Of a stretch of DNA of 64,000 nt, positions 29,119-38,859 are shown one piece after another. The notes under the pieces were generated by a model, which worked only from the letters and a program-made list of their open reading frames with translations, did not search any database and was not told the origin of the DNA. This stretch comes from Candidatus Eiseniibacteriota bacterium (GTDB lineage: Bacteria > Eisenbacteria > RBG-16-71-46 > CAZAMP01). The stretch's first letter is position 1; each line of letters opens with the position of its first letter. Position numbers and translations under genes: made by a program. Location: NCBI GenBank assembly GCA_965224245.1, contig OZ245046.1:2336001-2400000 (forward strand), given 5' to 3'.

Positions 29119-30135
29119 TCACCAGCGGATCAGCATCGATCCCCAGGTGAAGCCGCTCCCGAACGCGGCCGACGCCACGAGCATCCCCGGACGCAACCGG
29201 TCCTCGGCGATCGCCGTGTCCAGCCCCAGCGGGATCGTGGCCGCCGTCGTGTTCGCAAAGCGATCGATCGTGTTGAAGACCTTCTCCGGGGGCAGCTCCA
29301 GCGCCTCGGCGACCGCGTCGTTGATCCGGATGTTCGCCTGATGGTTGACGACGAGATCCACGTCGTCGAGGGCCAGGCCGTTCGCGTCGAGCGCCTCGCG
29401 AATGGCGTCCGGCATCCGGCGTACGGCGTTCACGAACACCTGCTTGCCGTTCATGCGCGGAAAGTGCCGGCGTGCCTCCAGCATCTCTGGCGTCAGGCGC
29501 TCGCCGCCGAGCGCGAAGCCCGGGGCCTCGGTCCAGAGCTCTCGCGCGAACCGACCGTCCGCGTGGAGATGCGTGGACAGCACGTGCGGGTCGGCCGGCT
29601 GGCCAACCTCGCACGCCTCGAGGACCACGGCCCCCGCCGCGTCTCCGAACAGCACCGCGACGTCACGACCCGCCGTCGTGCAGTCGAGTCCTTTCGAGTG
29701 CACCTCCGCCCCCACCACGAGTGCGCGATCGCACCGCCCGGTCTCGATGAACGACGTCGCGACCGACACCGCGTAGATGAAGCCGGTGCACTGCTGCCGG
29801 AGATCGATCGCGGGGATGCCGGGCACGCCCAGCTTGGCCTGGAGAAAGCACGCGGTGCCTGGGAACTCGTGATCGGGGCTCAGCGTCGCCACGACGATCA
29901 GGTCCACGTCGCCGGCGGCAATGCCCGCGCGAGCCAGCGCACGCGTGGAGGCCTCGAGCGCCAGGTCGGACGTCGTCGTCTCCGCGTCGACCCAGTGCCT
30001 CGTCTTGATGCCGGTGCGCTGGGTGATCCACGCGTCGGACGTGTCCATCATCCGGCTCAGCTCGTCGTTCGTGACGACGCGCGGCGGGAGATACGAGCCG
30101 ATGCCGCTGACGCGGGCGTGTCGCTTGCCGGTCAC
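29119..30135 (-). CDS. fabH: 3-oxoacyl-ACP synthase III
   Basis: 'DTSDAWITQRTGI', catalytic C in 'QQCTGF', 'LFGDAAGA', 'HQAN.RI', 'NTTAATIP', 'FGSGFTWG'. Confidence 0.9.
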   Translation of the reverse strand: MTGKRHARVSGIGSYLPPRVVTNDELSRMMDTSDAWITQRTGIKTRHWVDAETTTSDLALEASTRALARAGIAAGDVDLIVVATLSPDHEFPGTACFLQAKLGVPGIPAIDLRQQCTGFIYAVSVATSFIETGRCDRALVVGAEVHSKGLDCTTAGRDVAVLFGDAAGAVVLEACEVGQPADPHVLSTHLHADGRFARELWTEAPGFALGGERLTPEMLEARRHFPRMNGKQVFVNAVRRMPDAIREALDANGLALDDVDLVVNHQANIRINDAVAEALELPPEKVFNTIDRFANTTAATIPLGLDTAIAEDRLRPGMLVASAAFGSGFTWGSMLIRW

Positions 30136-30327
30136 GTCGAGCTCCCTTCACTGGCGGCCCGGCCGGTGCCGGCCCGACCGCATGACGACCGTCGGCGGGC
30201 GCGACACCGAGCGATCCAGGAGGTGGCGTATCTGCGAAGTGTCCTCGACGTGCGGCCACCGAGTCCAGCCGGGAGGGCCGGTTGCGGGGCCGGACCGAAC
30301 GGAAGTCGACACGCGCCCCGCGCTCGC

Positions 30328-31443
30328 TCAGAGATGCACGTTGATCCCGGGAAGCCACCGGAGACCGGCCGGGTTGTTCGCGGCGTGATTCAACAGCCCG
30401 ATCTGCACGCCGCGCAGCTCGCGCGCGTGATTGTACAGCGCGATCGACAGGCCGGTCTGCGACCCGTGTGCGAGCGACACGCCGGCCATCGTGAGCCCCG
30501 TCGAGCGCGCGGCGCGCGCGAGACCTCCGGCGATCATCAGTCCGGTCAGCTCCGTCGATCGGAGATAGGCGCCGGTGACGAGGATGCCCGCCGCCCGCTC
30601 GCCGGCGCCGACGGCACCCAGCGACACCGCGACGCCGTCGAGCCGCTCGCCGGCCCCCACGGCGAGCCCGGCCACCGACAGCCCGATGAGCTCCTCTCCG
30701 GCGCCGGCCGCGAGCCCGGCCAGGTGCACACCGACCGCGCGCTCGCCGGCGCCCACCGCGAGCAGCGCGGCGAGCAGGCCCTGCGAGTGCTCCCCCGCAC
30801 CCGCGGCGATGCCACCCAGGGCCGCCCCGCGCACCTCGGCGCCGGCGCCGGCGGCCAGTCCCCCGACGAGGATGCCGCGAGCGTCGCCGCCCGCACCGGC
30901 GGCGAGACCGCCCACGCTCACGCCGACCGCATCGTCCCCGGCGCCGGACGCCACGAGCCCCACCGCGATGCCGCGCGAGGACCCGCCCGCGCCCGCCGCG
31001 AGGCCGCCGATGAGGATCCCCCGGGCGTCGCCGCCCGCACCGGCGGCCAGCCCGCCGACGAGCAGCCCGACGCCCTGGTCGCCCGCCCCGGCGGCGAGGC
31101 CGCCGATCGCGATCCCGTGGAGGTCGCGCTCGGCCCCGGCGGCCAGGAGTCCGACGCTGACGCCGTCGGCGGAGCGGGCGGCGGCGCCGGTCACCCCGAG
31201 GCTCAGGCCCCGCACGTCGGGAGCTCCGTCCTGGCTGGCCGCGAGAAGCGTCACGTTGATGCCGGTCACGCGGTCCGCATCGCGGTCGCGCCAGTTCAGT
31301 CGGAGTCCGGTCCACCGCTCGGAGTCGCCGATCGAGATGCCGACGCCGCCGGCACCCAGATCCAGCGATCCGGCCATGGCGCTCCCGGTCGAGACGACGA
31401 GGCCCAGCATCAGGGCCGATATCCGACGACAGGGTCGATCCAT
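30328..31443 (-). CDS. secreted Gly/Ala-rich 15-aa repeat (beta-solenoid-like) protein
   Basis: GGAGG RBS and ATG at 31443; signal peptide; many 'G(I/V)x(V/I)GGLAAGAGxxxx' repeats; ends 'GVQIGLLN...WLPGINVHL'. Confidence 0.8.
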   Translation of the reverse strand: MDRPCRRISALMLGLVVSTGSAMAGSLDLGAGGVGISIGDSERWTGLRLNWRDRDADRVTGINVTLLAASQDGAPDVRGLSLGVTGAAARSADGVSVGLLAAGAERDLHGIAIGGLAAGAGDQGVGLLVGGLAAGAGGDARGILIGGLAAGAGGSSRGIAVGLVASGAGDDAVGVSVGGLAAGAGGDARGILVGGLAAGAGAEVRGAALGGIAAGAGEHSQGLLAALLAVGAGERAVGVHLAGLAAGAGEELIGLSVAGLAVGAGERLDGVAVSLGAVGAGERAAGILVTGAYLRSTELTGLMIAGGLARAARSTGLTMAGVSLAHGSQTGLSIALYNHARELRGVQIGLLNHAANNPAGLRWLPGINVHL

Positions 31444-31458
31444 CGGGGTGTCCTCCAC

Positions 31459-32490
31459 TCACGGCGTGCTCGACGAGGGCCGCTGGATCCGCGCGACGAT
31501 CGCGTCGGTCATCGCGACCGTCCCCACGCCGTGCTCCCGGTTCAGGTCGCGGGTGACGTGGGTGCCCTCGGCCAGTACGTCGCCGACAGCCCGTTCGATG
31601 CGCGAAGCGGCGGCCGACTCGCCCAGGTGACGCAGCAGCATTGACCCGGCGAGGATGATGGAGGTGGGATTGGCCAGGTCCTTGCCGGCGATGTCGGGCG
31701 CGGTTCCGTGCACGGCCTCGAAGATCGCGACGTCGTCGCCGAGGTTCGCGCCCGGCGCGACCCCGAGCCCCCCGACCAGTCCCGCGGCGAGGTCGGAGAG
31801 GATGTCCCCGAACATGTTGGTCGTCACGATCACGTCGAACTGACCCGGATCTCGCACCATCTGCATCGCCATCGCGTCGATGATGCGATCCTCGAACGCG
31901 ACTCTCGGAAACTCGGTGGCCACCTCGCGCGCGACCTCGAGGAAGAGCCCGCTCAGGATCTTCAGAATGTTGGCCTTGTGCACGGCGGTGACCTTCCGCC
32001 GTCCCTCGCGCTCGGCATGGCGGAACGCGAACCGACACACGCGCTCCATGGCCGGACGCGTGTTCACGCCGATGGCCATCGCCGACTGCCGGCCGGGGCC
32101 GATCCAGTGCTCCATGCTGCTGTAGAACCCTTCGAGGTTCTCGCGGACGACCACGAGATCGAGGCCGGGAAACAGGCACGGGACGCCCTCGAACGCGCGC
32201 ACCGGCCGGACGTTCGCGTAGAGGGTGAAGTGCTTCCGGAGCGCGACGTTGACGCTGCGAAAGCCCTCGCCGACCGGGGTCTCGCACGGCCCTTTCAGCG
32301 CGACGCCGGTCTCGGCGATGGCGTCGAAGGTGGCCTCGGGGAGCGGATCGCCCAGACGCTCCAGCGCGCCGGAGCCCGCATGGACCTCGCGCCACTCGAC
32401 GTCGACGCCGGTCGCCTCGACGACGCGGCGGGCGGCGGCCACGATCGCGGGACCGATGCCGTCACCGGGAATGACCGAGACGCGATGCAT
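31459..32490 (-). CDS. isocitrate/isopropylmalate dehydrogenase family protein (IDH-like)
   Basis: 'IPGDGIGP', 'RSVNVALRK', 'RENLEG.Y', 'VHKANI', 'NMFGDILSD', '[17 protein letters not shown]'. Confidence 0.92.
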   Translation of the reverse strand: MHRVSVIPGDGIGPAIVAAARRVVEATGVDVEWREVHAGSGALERLGDPLPEATFDAIAETGVALKGPCETPVGEGFRSVNVALRKHFTLYANVRPVRAFEGVPCLFPGLDLVVVRENLEGFYSSMEHWIGPGRQSAMAIGVNTRPAMERVCRFAFRHAEREGRRKVTAVHKANILKILSGLFLEVAREVATEFPRVAFEDRIIDAMAMQMVRDPGQFDVIVTTNMFGDILSDLAAGLVGGLGVAPGANLGDDVAIFEAVHGTAPDIAGKDLANPTSIILAGSMLLRHLGESAAASRIERAVGDVLAEGTHVTRDLNREHGVGTVAMTDAIVARIQRPSSSTP

Positions 32491-32678
32491 GGAGGCTCCG
32501 TTCGTGCCGGGTGGAGCGCGGCGAGTGCGAGACGCTCGGCCGACCTCGACGCCTCGACACGGGATCCGGAACTCTAGCGCATCGAGCGCGGGATCGACCA
32601 GATCGCATGGACCGGCCGGCGGGTCGGTCGAACCTTCGCGTCAACGGCGGGCCCGCAGCCGATCTCCGGTGCGAGACG

Positions 32679-33326
32679 CTAGTCCGCCACGAAGTCGATC
32701 CGGTTGTGCGTGCCATCGCAGAACGGCTTCGTCGACGAGTGGCCGCACCGGCAGAGCGCGCCCTTGCCACCGCGCGCGGTGGGCGCGCCGCCGCGCGCCG
32801 CCGCCGTGAACGGACCATCCAGGAGCAACGGGCCGTTCCGAGCCGGCGAGATCTCGAGCGTCTCCCCGCCCGACCCCGCCCCGAGCGTCTTCTCGGGAAC
32901 CGCCCCCGGGTCGGCGAATCCCGCGGCTCGATGCGAGCCGTCACAGTAGGGCTTCATGGCCGACGCGCCGCACCGGCAGAGCGCCACCCGTGTCTCCTCG
33001 CGAACCTCGCCCCCCGGCAGCCTCAGCCGGATCCGACCCCGGACGTACACCGGCCCGTCGGGCACGACCTCGATCGTGTTCCGGTCCGGCGCGCGTTCGG
33101 GATCTCCCCCGTCGCGACGCTCGTGGAACAGCGCGCCGCTCGGGCAGGCCTCGACGACGCGCGCGATCGCATCGGCTCCGGCCTCCGCCGGTCGGATCCA
33201 TGGCCGCGCGCCGGGGTCGAACACCGACGGCAACCTCGCGACGCACTCGGCCGCGTGAATGCATCGCGCGGTGTGGTATCCCACGACGACGGCATCGGAC
33301 TCGTAGCGCCGCGGCTTCTTCTGCAT
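32679..33326 (-). CDS. divergent 4Fe-4S domain plus two CDGSH iron-sulfur domains
   Basis: 'CIHAAEC...P.VF....RPWI...CPSGAL'; 'LCRCG.S..KPYCDGSH' and 'LCRCGHS..KPFCDGTH'. Confidence 0.9.
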   Translation of the reverse strand: MQKKPRRYESDAVVVGYHTARCIHAAECVARLPSVFDPGARPWIRPAEAGADAIARVVEACPSGALFHERRDGGDPERAPDRNTIEVVPDGPVYVRGRIRLRLPGGEVREETRVALCRCGASAMKPYCDGSHRAAGFADPGAVPEKTLGAGSGGETLEISPARNGPLLLDGPFTAAARGGAPTARGGKGALCRCGHSSTKPFCDGTHNRIDFVAD

Positions 33327-33650
33327 GCAACACGCTCCTGGCGAGGGTCGGTGAACGCAGCCGAGCCGAGTGTGGCATCGAGTGGCCGCGGGGCCAAGCC
33401 CCGGACGGCGCATCGGCGGTCGCCCGACCGAGCCCCCGGGCGCCCTCACGCCGTGGACGACTCGACGCTCCCGGCGGCGGGCCGCGTGTGATAGTCTTGA
33501 CGGGATTCGATCGCCCATCTCGACACGATCGTCCCGGCGCCACGGTCTCCGGCACCATGGTGATCCTCCGCCCGACCTGGCGGCGCAGGATGCGGACCCG
33601 CGCTCGCGCGCGCCCCCACCGCCCGACGCCGGCCCAGAGGACCTCTTCGC

Positions 33651-35594
33651 ATGCTCTCCCTCAGCCGCCGGGGGCTCACCCTGGTCGCCCTGACCGGTCT
33701 GGTCGCGGCCCAGAGCGCCGACGCGATCCGGGTGATGACGTACAACGTCCTGAACTACTCGAGCGGGCGCACCACCGAGTTCCGCGAGGTCCTGGCCGCA
33801 ATCCAGCCGGACGTGCTGGTGCTGCAGGAGGTCCTGTCGCAGCCCGCGGTCGACACGTTCCACGTGCTGGTGCTCGAGAACGTCAACCCCGGCGAGTGGA
33901 CGGCCGGGGAGTTCGACAACGGCCCCGACACCGACAACGCGATCTTCTACCGGACCGCCCTGATCGACGAGATCGACCACTACCTGATCTCGACCTCGCT
34001 GCGCGACATCGACGAGTGGACGATCCGCCCGGACGGATACACGTCCGAGGCCGCCAAGCTCCGGGTGTACTCGGTGCATCTGAAGGCGTCGCAGGGGTTC
34101 GAGACCCAGCGTCTGGGCGAGGTGCAAGCCATGCGCGCGCGCATGGAGACGTATCCCCCGGGCCAGAGCTACCTCGTGCTCGGCGACTTCAACATCTACA
34201 CGAGCAACGAGCCGGCCTACATCTACATGCTGGGCACCACCGGCGGGTTCGCCGGAGTGGTCGAGGATCCGATCGACATGCCCGGCGACTGGCACAACGA
34301 TGCGAGCTTCGCGTCGATCCACACGCAGTCGCCGCGCACGTCGGACTTCGGCGGCGGCTCCACCGGCGGGATGGACGATCGGTTCGACATGATCCTGACC
34401 TCGCCCTCGCTCCAGCCCGACGTCGAGGAGGGCTGGTCGTTCATCACCGGCACCTACGAGGCGTTCGGCAACGACGGCTTCCACTTCAACGATGCCATCA
34501 TCGATCCCCCGGCGCACCCGACGCTGCCGGCGTCGGTCATCCAGGCGCTGCACGACGCGTCGGACCACCTTCCGGTGATCGTGGAGCTGAGCGTGCCGTC
34601 GAAGATGGTCGTGGGGCCCGCGAGCATCGACTTCGGCCCGTGGATCACGGGGTCCACCGCGTCCACCGACCTCACGGTCGAGAACCCGGCGATTCCCCCC
34701 GCCGACGTCCTCCAGTTCGACTTCTCGATCTCGGGGGCGTTCTCGGCCCCGGCCGGTGAGTGGGAGGCCGAGCCCGGCGAGGGGCCGGTGACGCACCCGA
34801 TCACGATGATCACCGACACCCCGGGCTTCATGACCGGAGACCTGTTCGTCTCCGGTGACGCACCGGACAATCCGGCGATCCTGGTGCCGGTGTCCGGCGT
34901 CGTCATCGAGCCGGCGGACCCGTCCACGTCGAGCGACGTCCTCGCCACGACCGCACCGCTCGACTTCGGCACCCACGCCACGGGCGAGTTCACCGACCAG
35001 ACCGCGACGATCTACAGCTACGGTCACTACGTCTTTCAGTCCGACACCGACATCTACGCCGCCGAGCTGACCGGCGATCCGCGCTTCTCGATCGTCGGCG
35101 GCTTCACGCCGTCCTTCGCGGGCTTCGCGCCGGCGACGTACGACGTCGCGTTCGACGACACCGGCGCCCCCGACGGCACGTACCTCGCCACGCTGACGTT
35201 CTCGACCCGTGACAACCCGGTCGCCGGTGGCGCCCAGAACCGGGCCGACATCGTCTTCGAGCTGAGCGCCACCGTCGACGGCGGCACGCTCGCGTCGGGC
35301 GACCCGGCAGGTCCCGTCCCTGCCGGGTTCGTGGGCATCGCGCCGAACCCGTTCTGGCCGTCGACGCGCATCGCGTTCGGCGTGGGGGAGCCCGGCCGGG
35401 TGGATCTCGACATCTACGACGTGTCGGGGCGCGCCCTGCGGCGCGTCGTGTCACGCGCGTTCGCCTCCGGTGTGCACACGGTCAGCTGGGACGGACGCGA
35501 TGACGCCGGACGGCGTCTGGGATCGGGCATCTACTTCGCCCGGCTGCGCACGCCCGAGTCGAGCGAGACCCGTGTCGTCATCCGCGCGCGCTAG
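33651..35594 (+). CDS. secreted endonuclease/exonuclease/phosphatase protein with FlgD-like tail
   Basis: 'MTYNVLN', 'QE', 'HLKAS', 'GDFN', 'DDRFD', 'SDHLPV'; tail 'PNPF...YDVSGR...WDGRDDAG..LGSGIYFARL'. Confidence 0.9.
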   Translation: MLSLSRRGLTLVALTGLVAAQSADAIRVMTYNVLNYSSGRTTEFREVLAAIQPDVLVLQEVLSQPAVDTFHVLVLENVNPGEWTAGEFDNGPDTDNAIFYRTALIDEIDHYLISTSLRDIDEWTIRPDGYTSEAAKLRVYSVHLKASQGFETQRLGEVQAMRARMETYPPGQSYLVLGDFNIYTSNEPAYIYMLGTTGGFAGVVEDPIDMPGDWHNDASFASIHTQSPRTSDFGGGSTGGMDDRFDMILTSPSLQPDVEEGWSFITGTYEAFGNDGFHFNDAIIDPPAHPTLPASVIQALHDASDHLPVIVELSVPSKMVVGPASIDFGPWITGSTASTDLTVENPAIPPADVLQFDFSISGAFSAPAGEWEAEPGEGPVTHPITMITDTPGFMTGDLFVSGDAPDNPAILVPVSGVVIEPADPSTSSDVLATTAPLDFGTHATGEFTDQTATIYSYGHYVFQSDTDIYAAELTGDPRFSIVGGFTPSFAGFAPATYDVAFDDTGAPDGTYLATLTFSTRDNPVAGGAQNRADIVFELSATVDGGTLASGDPAGPVPAGFVGIAPNPFWPSTRIAFGVGEPGRVDLDIYDVSGRALRRVVSRAFASGVHTVSWDGRDDAGRRLGSGIYFARLRTPESSETRVVIRAR

Positions 35595-35612
35595 GCACCC
35601 CGCGGGGACCGC

Positions 35613-36770
35613 ATGGCCATCCCACCGGCGCGGAGCCGCGTGCCGATGACCCGCCCGCCCTCGTCACTGACCGATCGTCGCGTGTTCCGACCCGCGGCGA
35701 TCGGACGACTCACGCTCCGCAATCGCGTGGCCATGGCGCCCATGACGCGCCGCATGGCCGCCGAGGACGGCGTCCCCACAGCCGAGATCGCCGCCTACTA
35801 CCGCCGGCGCGCCGAAGGCGAGGTCGGCCTGATCATCAGCGAGGGCACGGCGATCGACGACGTGCACGCGTACGACACGCTCACGGTTCCCCGCTTCCAG
35901 ACCGACGAGCAGCTCCGGGGATGGACGCGCGTCGTGGACGCGGTCCACGACGCGGGCGGGGCGTTCGCGCCCCAGCTCTGGCACACCGGACGCGCCGCCG
36001 CGAACGCCATCGGCCCGTCGGCCGGATCGCGCCCGCCGCGCCCCGACGGCACGCCGCGCTCGCCGGTGCGCGAGATGACCGACGAGGACGTGGCCCAGGT
36101 GCTCGACGCATACGCCCACAGTGCCCGCGCGGCGCGGGAGATCGGCTGCGACGCGCTCGAGATCCACAGCGCGCACGGCTATCTCCTCGACTCGTTTCTG
36201 AGTGCCGCGACCAACCAGCGCGACGATCGCTACGGTGGCTCGGCCGAGGCCCGGATGCGCTTCCCGCTCGAGGTGCTCGATCGTGTGCGAGCGGCCGTGG
36301 GTCCGGCGTTCCCGATCATCTACCGCTTCAGCCAGTGGCGGATGAGCGACTACCGCGAGATGAAGTTCCGCACCCCGACCGACCTCGAGCCGTGGGTTCG
36401 CGCGCTCGGCGAGCACGGTGCCGACATCCTCCACGTCAGCACGCGCGAGGCCACCGACCCCGGCTTCCCCGACGATCCTGAACACCCGGAGTGGAGCCTC
36501 GCGGCGTGGACGCAGCACCTGTCCGGACTCCCCACGATCGCCGTGGGCAAGATCTCGGTGACGCTCGGCATGGACGAGACGCGGGGGCGGAGCGACAACC
36601 GGATCGCCGACCCCACGCCCGCGATCGAGATGGTCGAGCGCGGCGAGGTCGACATGATCGCCGTGGGGCGGGCGCTGATCGCGAACCCGGACTGGGTCCC
36701 GATCGTGCGAGCGGAGCGCTGGAGGGAGCTGACGGCCTACGAGGCGTCGCTGTTGACCGAGCTCAGGTGA
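35613..36770 (+). CDS. NADH:flavin oxidoreductase (old yellow enzyme family)
   Basis: 'NRVAMAPMTR', 'YY.RRA', 'QLWHTGR', 'EIHSAHGYLLDSF', 'N.R.D.YGGS', 'VGRALIANPDW'. Start may be 35646. Confidence 0.92.
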   Translation: MAIPPARSRVPMTRPPSSLTDRRVFRPAAIGRLTLRNRVAMAPMTRRMAAEDGVPTAEIAAYYRRRAEGEVGLIISEGTAIDDVHAYDTLTVPRFQTDEQLRGWTRVVDAVHDAGGAFAPQLWHTGRAAANAIGPSAGSRPPRPDGTPRSPVREMTDEDVAQVLDAYAHSARAAREIGCDALEIHSAHGYLLDSFLSAATNQRDDRYGGSAEARMRFPLEVLDRVRAAVGPAFPIIYRFSQWRMSDYREMKFRTPTDLEPWVRALGEHGADILHVSTREATDPGFPDDPEHPEWSLAAWTQHLSGLPTIAVGKISVTLGMDETRGRSDNRIADPTPAIEMVERGEVDMIAVGRALIANPDWVPIVRAERWRELTAYEASLLTELR

Positions 36771-36826
36771 GGGCACGAAGGAGCCCCCCGCTCGGCCGCA
36801 CTGGGCCGATCGAGGGGCTGACGATC

Positions 36827-36903
<77 letters not shown>

Positions 36904-36925
36904 GCGCGATTTCTGAGCGACGGGG

Positions 36926-36955
36926 AGGCTATCACGGGCGTTTCCGCGTCGTCAA
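36926..36955 (-). promoter_or_regulatory. candidate tRNA promoter
   Basis: TTGACG-N18-TAGCCT on the minus strand. Confidence 0.5.
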
Positions 36956-37118
36956 CAAGCCGATCGTCTCCCGGCCCCCGCTTGACGGTCCGCGGCGACC
37001 CGGGCGACACTCCATCCCCTCGGCCCCGCGAAGGGGCTTCGGATCTCGGTGTGTCGCCGGACGAGCCCGGCGACACCCGGCGCACCCACGCCGCGCGGCG
37101 GTCCTGCCGGAGGTTGTC

Positions 37119-37280
37119 GTGTCAGAACGAACGGGGCTCCTGGGCGAGCTGTGGGCCTTTCTGAAGGTCCGGAAGAAGTGGTGGATCGGCCCGATCGTGC
37201 TCTTCGTGGCTGCCCTGACCGTCCTCATCCTCGTGGCCGAGCGCTCGCAGAACACGCCGTTCATCTACGACATCTTCTAG
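37119..37280 (+). CDS. 53-aa membrane peptide, DUF5989-like (absent from the ORF track)
   Basis: GGAGG RBS and GTG: MSERTGLLGELWAFLKVRKKWWIGPIVLFVAALTVLILVAERSQNTPFIYDIF*. Confidence 0.85.
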   Translation: MSERTGLLGELWAFLKVRKKWWIGPIVLFVAALTVLILVAERSQNTPFIYDIF

Positions 37281-37323
37281 CGGCTACCCGGGGGCGTCCG
37301 GCTCGCGGACGCGCCGCCCACTC

Positions 37324-38859
37324 TCAGGAGTGCCGCCCCGCGGTCCACGCGTGGGCCAGGGCGGCGAATGCACTCTCGTGACACCCCGTCGCGCCGACGG
37401 CCCCCCATTCGGCGGGCACGGCGTCCAGGGCCGCGTGATCGGCCACCGCCAGCGCCACGGCGTTCCGGCTCGGGGCGCCGTTCGACCCCGACGACCGTCT
37501 CCACGCCTCGAGCCGGGCGATCGCATCGCGGTCGGCGTCGGAGGGGACCGCCCCCCGGACGTACAGCACGATCACCGCCGTGCCTCCGGCCTCGCCCCGG
37601 CCGCCGCCGGACGGATCGAGCGCCGAGCCGGCCCCGTAGCGGCGGATGACGACGGTCGCGGGCGCGAGCCCCGGCACGAGGGCCGCCAGACCGGTCCGCA
37701 CCGCGTCCTCCCGGAGCACGAACGCGGGCGCGGCCTCGGGGAGCCAGATCGTCAGCGGTCCCGTCGGCGGCGCCGGTGGCCGCACGACGCGGGTGAGGCG
37801 CCGGTGCGCCTCCATCGGGTCGGTCGACGGTGACGGCTGCGCGCGCTGGCGCACGAGGCCGCACCAGGTGTGGAGCGCGGCGACCGCGCCCGCCGCCCGC
37901 TCGAGCGCGTGGAGTCCCCCCGGCTCGCCGCGGGCGGCCGAGAGCGCGGCGCGGATCTCCGAGGTGACGCCCACGTCGCGCGCACGCAGGAAGAGATCGA
38001 CCCCTGCCCTCAGCGCGGCCACGACGCCGGTCCCGAGCCCCTCCTCCTCGCCGAAGCCCGCCATCTCGAGCGCGTCGGACACCACCGCGCCCCGGAAGCC
38101 GAGCCCGCCGCGGAGGAGATCGGTCAGGATCCTCGACGACCGGGTCGCCGGGCCGGGCGCCGGGTCCAGCGCGGGGACGTGGACGTGGGCGCTCATCACC
38201 AGCGGCACGTGATCGGCGAGCACGGCCCGGTAGGGTGCGAGATCCCGGCGCTCGATCTCGGCGCAATCGTCCGGCACGACCGGGAGCCCGTGGTGGCTGT
38301 CGGTCGTGGTCGCCCCGTGCCCGGGGAAGTGCTTCGGACACCCCACGACGCCCCCGGCGGCGAGGCCCCGCAGCGCCGCCCGCGCATGTCGGGCCACGCG
38401 ATCGGGCGTCGCCGCGAACGACCGTCGCCCGATGACGGGATTGTCCGGGCGGACGTTCACGTCCACGAGCGGTGCGAAGGCGACGTCGATGCCGGCGTCG
38501 GCGAGCGCGGCTCCGGCGCGATGGAAGACCCGCTCGGTCAGCGCGACGTCGTCGGCCTCGCCGAGCGCGCCCGGCGCGGGCGCCATCACGAGCCGATCCG
38601 GCCCGCCCGGGATCAGGGGCAGCCCGTCGAGCTGGCTGACCAGCCCCCCCTCCTCGTCGACGGTCACCAGGATCGGATGGGGTGAGAGCGCACGCGCGGT
38701 CTCGATCAGCGTGCGCGTCTCGGCGAGCGAGCCGAGATCCTCGCGAAAGAGGATCAGCCCCCCCAGCTCACCTCGCTCCAGCGCCCCCGCGACCGGCTCG
38801 AGCCCGCGCCCGTCGAGCCCGGACACGACGAGGCGTCCGGGGTTCGGCTCAGTACACAC
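37324..38859 (-). CDS. nagZ: GH3 beta-N-acetylhexosaminidase
   Basis: 'DEEGG.V', 'AP..DVN..P.NPVIG.RSF', 'KHFPGHG....DSH', 'SDALEM'. Confidence 0.9.
   Translation of the reverse strand: MCTEPNPGRLVVSGLDGRGLEPVAGALERGELGGLILFREDLGSLAETRTLIETARALSPHPILVTVDEEGGLVSQLDGLPLIPGGPDRLVMAPAPGALGEADDVALTERVFHRAGAALADAGIDVAFAPLVDVNVRPDNPVIGRRSFAATPDRVARHARAALRGLAAGGVVGCPKHFPGHGATTTDSHHGLPVVPDDCAEIERRDLAPYRAVLADHVPLVMSAHVHVPALDPAPGPATRSSRILTDLLRGGLGFRGAVVSDALEMAGFGEEEGLGTGVVAALRAGVDLFLRARDVGVTSEIRAALSAARGEPGGLHALERAAGAVAALHTWCGLVRQRAQPSPSTDPMEAHRRLTRVVRPPAPPTGPLTIWLPEAAPAFVLREDAVRTGLAALVPGLAPATVVIRRYGAGSALDPSGGGRGEAGGTAVIVLYVRGAVPSDADRDAIARLEAWRRSSGSNGAPSRNAVALAVADHAALDAVPAEWGAVGATGCHESAFAALAHAWTAGRHS

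Noticed and set aside
28366-31644. Long antisense ORFs (28366..31644, 10526..12985, 46888..49263, 29663..32395, 26195..29053, 58766..60778 and others)
   Set aside because: Shadow ORFs expected at this GC content; they overlap well-supported genes and carry no motifs.
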